Below are positions 20,461 to 29,619 of a stretch of DNA of 64,000 bases, one piece after another. The notes beneath the pieces are model-generated. The model ran no database searches, had not been told where the DNA came from, and saw only the letters and a list, made by a program, of their open reading frames with translations. Every line of letters starts with the position of its first letter. Position 1 is the stretch's first letter. The DNA lies in NCBI GenBank assembly GCA_963770565.1, contig CAVYQE010000001.1, forward strand, positions 320,001 through 384,000, in the 5' to 3' direction. The DNA is from an uncultured Actinomycetota bacterium (GTDB taxonomy: Bacteria > Actinomycetota > Actinomycetes > JAFAQI01). The position numbers were made by a program, and so were the translations under genes.

Positions 20461-20555
20461 GAGCAGGGAGCGGGTAGCAGGGAGTAGGGAGTAGGGGGGG
20501 AGCAGGGAGCGGGGAGCGAAGGGTCGGGAGCAACTTTTTCCGCAAGGCGATTTTC

Positions 20556-21269
20556 ATGGATAAGCATCATGCCATGGCCGGCGTCGGGGGGACGATCCGC
20601 ATCGGCGCGATCGACTTTCGCCTCCGGCCGCTGACGCTCGGTGATCTGGCCGAACTCAAGGCCCACGTCGTCGCCCGGCGCGAGCCCGCTCGAAACGCTC
20701 GCCCGCGATCTCGAGCGCATCGATCCGCGGCAACATGCCGAGCGGATTCGCGATGCTTGGGCGCTGCGCGGATCGGGCGCGGCGCGACGGCCGAAGAAAT
20801 CGACGATTATCTGCAATCGTTTCGCGGCACGGCGCATTTGTTCTGGCTCATGGCCCGCGAGGATTGCCCCGCGCTCGATTCGTTGGCGGCGGCCCGCTCG
20901 TGCCTGGCGGAATATGCCGAGGGCCGGCTGCTGGAACTTCACGGCCGTCTCGATCAAGCGACCGGTTTTCTTTCGGACACGGCCAATTTGGCCAACGCGC
21001 CGAGCGCCGGGACCGCCGGTTTTCATTGGGCGCGGCTCTATCGTCATTTGAGCCTGACCTATGGTTGGACCCCGGCCGAGATCAACCGCCTGACTCCGTT
21101 TCAAGCGACGATGTACGCGAATCCGCAACTCTCGGAAAACGGCACGATCCGCATGAAACTCAGCGATGCAGTCGGGGCCGGAGCGCGCCGTGCGCCGCGG
21201 CGGCCACGCGGCGAACCTTCCGACGCCGGCAATATCGGCCGCGGCAGCACCGGTGCGCGATTCAGATAG
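20556..21269 (+). CDS. Tail assembly chaperone-like protein (G/GT-type), frameshifted
   Basis: LRPLTLGD N-terminus; YGWTPAEINRLTPFQ C-terminal motif. Confidence 0.5.
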   Translation: MDKHHAMAGVGGTIRIGAIDFRLRPLTLGDLAELKAHVVARREPARNARPRSRAHRSAATCRADSRCLGAARIGRGATAEEIDDYLQSFRGTAHLFWLMAREDCPALDSLAAARSCLAEYAEGRLLELHGRLDQATGFLSDTANLANAPSAGTAGFHWARLYRHLSLTYGWTPAEINRLTPFQATMYANPQLSENGTIRMKLSDAVGAGARRAPRRPRGEPSDAGNIGRGSTGARFR

Positions 21270-21386
21270 CCTATTTCAGAGTGCGGGCCGAATCGGGGCT
21301 GCGCAAAACCCGCAGTGTCGATGCCATCTGCCGTTGGCGCTTTCCCTATTGTTTTTGTTTCGGCGGATTCATCCTGCGCCGCAGAA

Positions 21387-21510
21387 AGGGGTCGGGAGTC
21401 GATTTCGCCCGCTGAACGACCCGTAGTGCCGGCATCATGGCGAAATCGACTCCCGACCCCCTTTGGCAACGCCCGCCGGAAGATATGCCGGTTCTCAAAC
21501 AGGTTCCTAG
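21387..21510. mobile_element. Partial copy of MITE-A (GGGGTCGGGAGTCGATTTCG..CGAAATCGACTCCCGACCCC)
   Basis: Same core at 27961, 43127, 50807 and 56277. Confidence 0.75.
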
Positions 21511-21564
21511 GCCGCCGGCTGGAAGCCACCGCTACGAGATCTCAACCCCCAACCCGTCGCGCAC

Positions 21565-22431
21565 ATGTCCATCGCCTTTCAAGAACTCGCCGGCTCGCCG
21601 CGATTGCGGATTCTCGAATCGGGGCTGATCGTCGGCGAGCGCGATTTTCAAGTCGCCTGGGACGATTGGGTTCCGCTCGTCAACGCGCTGCGAGGGCTTT
21701 ATTTCTCGGCCGGCTCGCAGGGGGCGGCGCTGATCAGCCCCGCTTATTTTCCCGGCAATCCGGCGCTGCGCGTCGTCGCGATCGCGATGACGCCATTCGA
21801 CGAGCAATCGCCCGACGGCGACGCGGCGCTGGCCGATCTCTCGACGGGGCTGAACAGCTATGCAGGGGGCGCGCGGCTGCATGTGGAATATGGCCTGGTC
21901 GAGGCGGCGGCCGACAAGCGCAAGCCGCCGCATCCGGCCGGCACGTTTCTGCGTTGGGAGCGCGACGTGGGGGTCGATATGCTCTCGATCCCCGCCCGCT
22001 ATTGGAAATGGTCCGGCGGCCCGAACACGATTCTCGAAGACGACTTGCCGATCGGAGTTCGGGTGCCGACGGCGACGCACACGCTCATTTGGAGCAACGT
22101 CGCCCGGCCCCCTTACGACACGATCCAAGCCACGCGCGGCACGGTCAATTCCTCTGCGATTCTCGGCGCGCCTGCCGGCTGCCTGCTGTTCGTCGGGGCG
22201 AAGATCACCGAGATCTATCAGCTCGACGGCACGCTTCGTTATACCTTGCGGTACATTTTCGCCGAGAAGACCGTCCCCTTGATCGCGGATCCCGACACCG
22301 TGGTCGGCCACAACTACTTTTATTACGGCCCCGGCTCGAGCGGCGAGAATTGGTTCGAGGTCGTCTCGGTCGCCGGCGGGCACGCGGTCTACCCGGCGAC
22401 CGAGTTCGGGCCGTTGTTTCAATACGAGTAA
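21565..22431 (+). CDS. Hypothetical tail-region protein (288 aa)
   Basis: Clean ORF; RGTVNS..LGAPAGCLLF motif; lies in the tail module. Confidence 0.65.
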   Translation: MSIAFQELAGSPRLRILESGLIVGERDFQVAWDDWVPLVNALRGLYFSAGSQGAALISPAYFPGNPALRVVAIAMTPFDEQSPDGDAALADLSTGLNSYAGGARLHVEYGLVEAAADKRKPPHPAGTFLRWERDVGVDMLSIPARYWKWSGGPNTILEDDLPIGVRVPTATHTLIWSNVARPPYDTIQATRGTVNSSAILGAPAGCLLFVGAKITEIYQLDGTLRYTLRYIFAEKTVPLIADPDTVVGHNYFYYGPGSSGENWFEVVSVAGGHAVYPATEFGPLFQYE

Positions 22432-22452
22432 GCCAGAGGCTCACCGGATGTC

Positions 22453-25396
22453 GAACCGCCAAGGACGCCAAGGACGCCAAGAAGCTATTCGATAATCTCA
22501 TTTCAAGTCTTGGCGTCCTTGGCGTCTTGGCGGTTCAATGCGACAATCCGCATGACACAGACGCAGAAACGTGTTTTTCGACAACTCCTTCGGACCTCAG
22601 GGAATGGAGTCGACTGAAATCGACCAAAGCTGGTTTTAGGAACACTAATCGGCGCTAATTAGCGCTAATCAGCGATGATTAGTTTTCCCAATCTGTCATG
22701 CCGCCGTTCTTTCTCGCTCTCGGTTTTTCCGTGACCTCGTGTAAAAACTTGGTTGCGGCGTGACGCCCGCGCTATGCAATCTGTGGATAAAAATATCTCT
22801 GATTTCTTGGCGTCCTTGGCGTCTTGGCGGTTCAATGCGACAATCCGCATGACACAGACGCAGAAACGTGTTTTTCGACAACTCCTTCGGACCTCAGGGA
22901 ATGGAGTCGACTGAAATCGACCAAAGCTGGTTTTAGGAACACTAATCGGCGCTAATCAGCGCTAATCAGCGATGATTAGTTTTCCCAATCTGTCATGCCG
23001 CCGTTCTTTCTCGCTCTCGGTTTTTCCGTGACCTCGTGTAAAAACTTGGTTGCGGCGTGACGCCCGCGCTATGCAATCTGTGGATAAAAATATCTCTGAT
23101 TTCTTGGCGTCCTTGGCGTCTTGGCGGTTCAATGCGACAATCCGCATGACACAGACGCAGAAACGTGTTTTTCGACAACTCCTTCGGACCTCAGGGAATG
23201 GAGTCAACTGAAATCGACCAAAGCTGGTTTTAGGAACACTAATCGGCGCTAATCCGCGCTAATCAGCGATGATTAGTTTTCCCGATCTGTCATGCCGCCG
23301 TTCTTTCTCGCTCTCGGTTTTTCCGTGACCTCGTGTAAAAACTTGGTAGCGGCGTGACGGCCGCGCTATGCAATCCGTGGATAAAAATATCTCTGATTTC
23401 TTGGCGTCCTTGGCGTCTTGGCGGTTCAATGCGACAATCCGCATGACACAGACGCAGAAACGTGTGTCTCGACAACTCCTTCGGACCTCAGGGACTGGAG
23501 TCGACTGAAATCGACCAAAGCTGGTTTTAGGAACACTAATCGGCGCTAATCAGCGCTAATCAGCGAAGATTAGTGTTCCCGATCTGTCATGCCGCCGTGC
23601 TTTCTCGCTCTCGGTGTTTCCCTGACTCGTGTAAAAACTTGGTAGCGGCGTGACGGCCGCGCTATGCAATCCGTGGATAAAAAGATCTCTGATTTCTTGG
23701 CGTCCTTGGCGTCTTGGCGGTTCAATGCGACAGTCTGCATGACACAGACGCAGAAACGTGTTTTTCGACAACTCCTTCGAATCTCAGAGAAATGGAGTCG
23801 ACCGAAATCGACCAAAGCTGGTTTTAGGAACACTAATCGGCGCGTAATCAGCGCTAATCAGCGATGATTAGTGTTCCTGATCTGTCATGCCACCGTGCTT
23901 TTTCGCTCTCGGTTGTTCCGTGACCTCGTGTAAACACTTGGTTGCGGCGTGACGGCCGCGTTATGCAATCTGTGGATGAAAACATTTCTGCCCTCTCGGC
24001 GTCCTTGGCGTCTTGGCGGTTCAATGCAGGGCGATTGCATCATGTTGCATACGATGTGGAAGTTTGCGGTATCGCCGACACGGCCCAGTTCATCTTGACG
24101 TAACCGACCAATTATGCCGCGGAGGCTGAAGCTGCTGCTCGCATACTCGATCTCGCCATTTCGAATCAATACCGAATGTTGGTTGCCCAATCCCCGCCAT
24201 CATTGCCAGTGTGGTGCAATCGCCCTGCGGTTCAATGCGACAGTCTGCATGACAAAGACGCAGAAACGTGATTTTCGACAACTCCTTCGGACCTCAGGGA
24301 ATGGAGTTAACTGAAATCGACCAAAGCTGGTTTTAGGAACACTAATCGGCGCTAATTAGCGCTAATCAGCGATGATTAGTTTTCCCAATCTGTCATGCCG
24401 CCGTTCTTTCTCGCTCTCGGTTTTTCCGTGACCTCGTGTAAAAACTTGGTTGCGGCGTGACGCCCGCGCTATGCAATCTGTGGATAAAAATATCTCTGAT
24501 TTCTTGGCGTCCTTGGCGTCTTGGCGGTTCAATGCGACAATCCGCATGACACAGACGCAGAAACGTGTTTTTCGACAACTCCTTCGGACCTCAGGGAATG
24601 GAGTCAACTGAAATCGACCAAAGCTGGTTTTAGGAACACTAATCGGCGCTAATTCGCGCTAATCAGCGATGATTAGTTTTCCCAATCTGTCATGCCGCCG
24701 TTCTTTCTCGCTCTCGGTTTTTCCGTGACCTCGTGTAAAAACTTGGTTGCGGCGTGACGCCCGCGCTATGCAATCTGTGGATAAAAATATCTCTGATTTC
24801 TTGGCGTCCTTGGCGTCTTGGCGGTTCAATGCGACAATCCGCATGACACAGACGCAGAAACGTGTGTCTCGACAACTCCTTCGGACCTCAGGGACTGGAG
24901 TCAACTGAAATCGACCAAAGCTGGTTTTAGGAACACTAATCGGCGCTAATCAGCGCTAATCAGCGAAGATTAGTGTTCCCGATCTGTCATGCCGCCGTGC
25001 TTTCTCGCTCTCGGTGTTTCCCTGACTCGTGTAAAAACGTGGTAGCGGCGTGACGGCCGCGCTATGCAATCCGTGGATAAAAAGATCTCTGATTTCTTGG
25101 CGTCCTTGGCGTCTTGGCGGTTCAATGCGACAATCCGCATGACACAGATGCAGAAACGTGATTTTCGACAACTCCTTCGAACCTCAGAGAAATGGAGTCG
25201 ACTGAAATCGACCAGAGCTGGTTTTAGGAACACTAATCGGCGCTAATCAGCGCTAATCAGCGATGATTAGTGTTCCCGATCTGTCATGCCGCCGTGCTTT
25301 TTCGCTCTCGATTGTTCCGTGACTCGTGTAAACACTTGGTTGCGGCCTGACGGCTTTCTGCTTTCTTGGCGTCCTTGGCGCCTTGGCGGTTCAATC
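22453..25396. repeat. Tandem array of nine ~297-bp non-coding units (5+4) starting from a REP doublet
   Basis: Anchor CTTGGCGTCCTTGGCG at 22509, 22806, 23103, 23400, 23696, 23995, 24503, 24800, 25096, 25365. Confidence 0.95.
24027..24227. mobile_element. 201-bp MITE with 13-bp TIRs and 10-bp TSD
   Basis: CAGGGCGATTGCA..TGCAATCGCCCTG flanked by CGGTTCAATG at 24017-24026 and 24228-24237. Confidence 0.8.
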
Positions 25397-25408
25397 GGAG
25401 ACTGACCG

Positions 25409-26218
25409 ATGAGCAATCTTGGAAAGGTCGCCCCCGGCGAGCCGATCACGGCCGAGTGGGCCAATGCGCTGGTCGAGGCCGTGGTCTCGCTGGGGCGGAT
25501 CGTCGGCGTCGCGCCGGTGCTAGTCCAATATAGCGACGTCGGAATTCAGATCAGCCTGCCCACGCTGCCGCGGTTCGATCTCGTCGAACTCAAAGACACG
25601 ATCGAGGCCCGCGACACCGACAAGCAAGCCGCGCGATTCTCCTTCGATCCCGCCGCCACCGACAAATGGATCGACGCCGCTCAAACGCTCGACCACACGG
25701 CCGACGCCCAGCAGGGACTCGCTCTCGCCGGCGAACGGCATCTGACGTTCTTTCATCCGGCGGCCGGCCAACGGATTCCGTTGCCGGGCGTGCAATACCA
25801 TTTCGGCAAGTTGAGCGCGGCGCTCGCGGCCGGCGGCTCGGCGGCCTGCGCGGTTTGGAAAGTCGCCGGCGGCAGCCCGGCCGATTCGACCTATAGTGTG
25901 ACCGTCTACGACTGGCTCTTGCCGCCCGGCGGGCAACTCGCGTCCGGAACGCCCGTCATGCTGCTCTTTCACTTGCAGTCGAAACGATTCTATGTCGCCG
26001 CTTCGAATTCCATCGGCCTGGTGATCGGAAAATCGTCCGGCCCGATCGACAAAGGGGCCAGCGGCACGGTCGCTGTTTATAACGGCGCGGCCGGCAGCGA
26101 AACGGACTCGGGAAGCACGATCGCAGCCTACAACCCCTTCGCCGACGTGGCCGACGGCAAGTGGGTCGCGGCCGGAGAGATCAACGGGCAATGGTATCTG
26201 CTGGCCGCAGAGTGTTAA
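25409..26218 (+). CDS. Hypothetical tail/fiber-associated protein (269 aa)
   Basis: KVAPGEPITAEWANALVEAV start; two internal repeats (GKL..AL.AGGS / GKS.GPI.KGAS); ends WYLLAAEC. Confidence 0.65.
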   Translation: MSNLGKVAPGEPITAEWANALVEAVVSLGRIVGVAPVLVQYSDVGIQISLPTLPRFDLVELKDTIEARDTDKQAARFSFDPAATDKWIDAAQTLDHTADAQQGLALAGERHLTFFHPAAGQRIPLPGVQYHFGKLSAALAAGGSAACAVWKVAGGSPADSTYSVTVYDWLLPPGGQLASGTPVMLLFHLQSKRFYVAASNSIGLVIGKSSGPIDKGASGTVAVYNGAAGSETDSGSTIAAYNPFADVADGKWVAAGEINGQWYLLAAEC

Positions 26219-26369
26219 GCGGCGGGAAGAAGAAAACGCGACAGAGTATGAGGATGACGATCTCGCGATCCTAATCCTTCTCGTACTCCTGCTCGCAGTC
26301 CAATTCCCAATCTTAATCCTTATCCTACTCCTGCTCCGCTCCCCGTTCACCCTTCAGCCTTTCCCAACC

Positions 26370-27007
26370 ATGGGCTTTAAACTCTTCGGCTGCGGATGCT
26401 GCGGCGGCCGGGATTGCTCCCCCTGTTGCTCGGCGAGCCCGGCGACGGCGACGATCGATTGGCCCGGCGGTTTGACCGCCTTGGCCGATTGCGACGGCTG
26501 CGACAAGATTCCCGTCGGCGATTATGTCGTCGCGGCCGAGACCGATTACGCGCCGTTCGGCGAAGCCTGTTATTGGATCATCGAGCTGGGCGCGGCGACG
26601 TTTATCCCGATTGCGACGCGGGGTTGATCTTCGGGACCGATCCCGCCGCGCCGGGCCCGGAGGCGACCTTTCTGGCCGCTCTGGTGTACGATCTCGTCAG
26701 CGGCCAGTGCTATCTGGCCGTGACCGTGTCGGTCGCGATCACGAGCGCCGCGAGTGGAGGCGGAAACACGGTCAACTTCCTGGCCGGAGCGCTGTATGTG
26801 AGCGAGCCATCCGACGAGGCCGATCGTTTTTGCAGCGGTACGTTCACATTGAACCTCGTCTCAGCCGATCCGGGCTACCACGATGCGGCGGGCAATTTGC
26901 TCTGGACCGAGCCGAATTTCGGCGACCCATTCACGACGACCGATTTCACGCCGTACAGCGGCGGCTGCGCCGGCTCGCTGCCGAGTTCGTTGACCGTGAC
27001 ATTTTGA
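26370..27007 (+). CDS. Cys-rich N-terminal hypothetical virion-associated protein; frameshift near 26605
   Basis: MGFKLFGCGCCGG..CSPCC; spans ORFs 26370..26627 and 26396..27007. Confidence 0.55.
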
Positions 27008-27080
27008 GGTTTAAGGCCGCGGACCGCGCGGATTGAAGAAGAGAATCCACGAGAATCCGCGAATATCCGCGGCAAAAACA

Positions 27081-27498
27081 ATGCCCGAATGCGTTTTCGA
27101 ATTGATCGGCGAGCAAGGCGCGGCGTTCCTGCATCGCTGCCGCCATTGCGGCCGGCCACACACGTCGCGGCGTCGCCGATCCGAGCGCGATCCATCGCGC
27201 GTGCCGCGTCTCTTCGCCCTCCGCTCTTCGCTCTTTGCTCCTCCCTTCGCTTGCCCGCCGCGCCCTGAATTTCGCCCGCAGCTTGCCGCCGCATCTCTTG
27301 GCCGGGGCGCCGCTGGCAACTCAAGAGCAAATCGACGCTCGGCTGGCGATCTGTCGAAGCTGCCCGCACTTCACCGGCACGCGTTGCGGGCACTGCGGCT
27401 GCCAATGCCACGGCCGCCGCGTGTTTCTCAATGCCCTGGCCTGGGCCGACAAGGCTTGCCCGATCGGACGCTGGGGGCGGCTCGATCGGCCCGGTTGA
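27081..27498 (+). CDS. Cys-rich protein (DUF6171-like C-terminus), frameshifted
   Basis: RLAICRSCPHF..RCGHCGC..LAWADKACPIGRW. Confidence 0.6.
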
Positions 27499-27524
27499 CA
27501 AGGACATAAACGTATGTATACTAT
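27495..27524 (+). promoter_or_regulatory. Sigma70-like promoter with palindromic operator
   Basis: TTGACA 27495-27500, TATACT 27517-27522; TAAAC-GTAT-GTATA 27507-27520. Confidence 0.6.
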
Positions 27525-27580
27525 TCGGCGGCAGGAAAAACTGTCGAATTCGCGAATTGGCCGAATCGGGAGCGACCACC

Positions 27581-27913
27581 ATGACAACCGCGCGGGCGAA
27601 GACCTGGCCTCTGTTTCGCGTTTGGATCACGCGGTTCGAGCGTTGGCAGCCGCGGGCGTGGGACGAACTCCCGCCGCGGGCGACCGCCGTCGAGCCGGCG
27701 GAGCCGATGGCCCTGTCGGCCCGCGAGGCGATCCGCTTTCTCGAAGGCTTCAACCGCACGATGCTCGCCCGGCTGCTGCCGATCTGGGCCGTGGCCGTGC
27801 CCGTGACGATTCATTATGAAGGCGATTTGCGGGAGGGCGCGATCATCACGCGGCGGGTGAAATTGCTCGATTGCCGGCGGCCGGTGGCCGAGGAGCCGGC
27901 GGCGGTCGGTTAG
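27581..27913 (+). CDS. Hypothetical protein (110 aa) at the right end of the cluster
   Basis: GGGAG RBS, own promoter, globular-looking sequence. Confidence 0.65.
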   Translation: MTTARAKTWPLFRVWITRFERWQPRAWDELPPRATAVEPAEPMALSAREAIRFLEGFNRTMLARLLPIWAVAVPVTIHYEGDLREGAIITRRVKLLDCRRPVAEEPAAVG

Positions 27914-28088
27914 GAGCCTGTCCGTGAAACGGCCGCGGCGAGGGGATGCTCGCCGCGAAAGGGGTCGGGAGTCGATTTCGCCGACTGAACGATTCGTAGT
28001 GCGAACCGACATCATGGCGAAATCGACTCCCGACCCCCTTTTGGCAACGCCCGCCGGACGATAAGCCGGTTCTTGGACAGCCTCCTAG
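27911..28088. mobile_element. MITE-A, full copy
   Basis: TAGGAGCCTGTCC..GGACAGCCTCCTAG termini with internal hairpin. Confidence 0.75.
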
Positions 28089-28478
28089 TGAGTGGCGAGG
28101 GGTTGTACTCGTCACGCTCCGCCGTGACGAATATTGTAGTCGTCACGCTCCGCCGTGACGAAAGGGGTGACGAAAGGTCATCACGACGGAGCGTGATGAC
28201 TACGTCATCACGACGGAGCGTGATGAGTACAGCGCTATCACGACGGAGCGTGATGAGTACAGTGCCCATCACGACGGAGCGTGATGAGTACAGAGATACC
28301 TTCCAGACAGTCAACTTTCGGTTCCCCCTCCGCACCGCGCTTTCCGCCGCGCGACTATCCGCGCCAAGGCTTGCAAGCAGCTTGGCTCCCCGCAGCGGCG
28401 TGGGACGATAAGGGGACTGTCTGGAATGGCACTGCGACCATCGGGATCGACTTGGCGTGGTAGATTGCAGGGCGCCTG

Positions 28479-28823
28479 CTATTCGCTTAGCGTTAGGTTG
28501 AAATAAGGCATCGACTCGAGGTGTCGATCGTCCCTGCGGTCCCACTCGAAGGCGCGCACATAGTCTGCCGCAGCGGCGTTTGTGCGCTCAACGAATTGCT
28601 CCCAGTCCTCCCCGTCATGTTGCCGTGTTTCGAATGTATAGATAAACGGTGTCGGTATTCTCGGGCCCGGAGTTGACGGAAGCCAGATTTCCCCGCCCAG
28701 TACGGCTATGTGCGACGCAGACGCCAGATCAATCACTTTCAACGCTTCGTGTCGCGGCCATCCCGGCTCGCCGTCGAACGAGAAAAACGCAGTTGACAGC
28801 AAGTCATCGGGAATCTGCAGCAT
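28479..28823 (-). CDS. Imm40-like immunity protein (orphan)
   Basis: GEPGW..EAL.VI..IAVLGGEIW..W.FVERT..YFNLT; lower GC than flanks. Confidence 0.5.
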   Translation of the reverse strand: MLQIPDDLLSTAFFSFDGEPGWPRHEALKVIDLASASHIAVLGGEIWLPSTPGPRIPTPFIYTFETRQHDGEDWEQFVERTNAAAADYVRAFEWDRRDDRHLESMPYFNLTLSE

Positions 28824-29619
28824 CGTTACACCGTTCGCTCTCGGGCGGATAGATCGGTGATCCTGATAACAACCGAGTCTCGAGAATCCAAGTTTCATCC
28901 AGGAGCAGCAAATGTCTGGCGCGTATGAAACGAAGAATTCATTCCAGGCTCTCACCTATTTGAGCGTAGCATCGGCAATTAGGCAAGTTGCTGTTACTCG
29001 TTGGTTCCCTCTTTCGTCCGCCAATCTCCAGCGGCCGACAGGATTGACGACCGTGCGTCGCCGCCAGCCTTTTCATGTAGCCCCAGCACTTATGCCGGGG
29101 GATTCGGCTTCAGCGGGCCTCAATTTGGCGGCTTCAGCCATGGTCCGTTTGTCGAGGAGAATCGAGCACCTCCGGTGGCGCCGATGGCTAAAGCCGGCCC
29201 GATGGGTAAGTCCCCTGAAGGGGACTGGAATCGCCGGGGGCAGGGCGCGGTCCCAGGCATAAATGCCTGGGCAACGTATAAGGCGCGGCCCGAGTTTACG
29301 CGAGACCAACGGCTCGGGCACGACTCGCGTTGATTCCGAAGCACCTGCCGCAATCGCCCGCGCGGAACAAAAGATCAACGAAACCGCCCCTCCCCGCGCC
29401 GCAACGAATCGAGCATTTTCCACAGCCTAGAGCAGGGGTCGGAGAGCAGGGAGCCGGTTCCTGATTCTTCTCGTACTCGTAGTCCCACTCCTAATCTTAA
29501 TCGTACTCCTCATCCTTCTCGACGCGACCGACTGCGGTGGCCATCGCAAGACCGCCGTTGGAGTTCACGCTTCAGCGTGTAGGCGGCACGCTAAAGCGTG
29601 AACTCCAGCGAACTCGTCG

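Noticed and set aside
22453-25396. CRISPR array or coding repeat
   Set aside because: Whole ~297-bp units repeat with no unique spacers, no cas genes are present, and the ORF track shows only short repeated ORFs
17979-27498. Contractile injection system or tailocin
   Set aside because: No sheath or baseplate genes recognised, and a full head/packaging module is present
2046-27913. Complete inducible prophage
   Set aside because: No integrase, att repeats, repressor or replication module seen at either boundary
25409-27913. Diversity-generating retroelement acting on tail genes
   Set aside because: No reverse transcriptase and no TR/VR pair with adenine-specific differences observed
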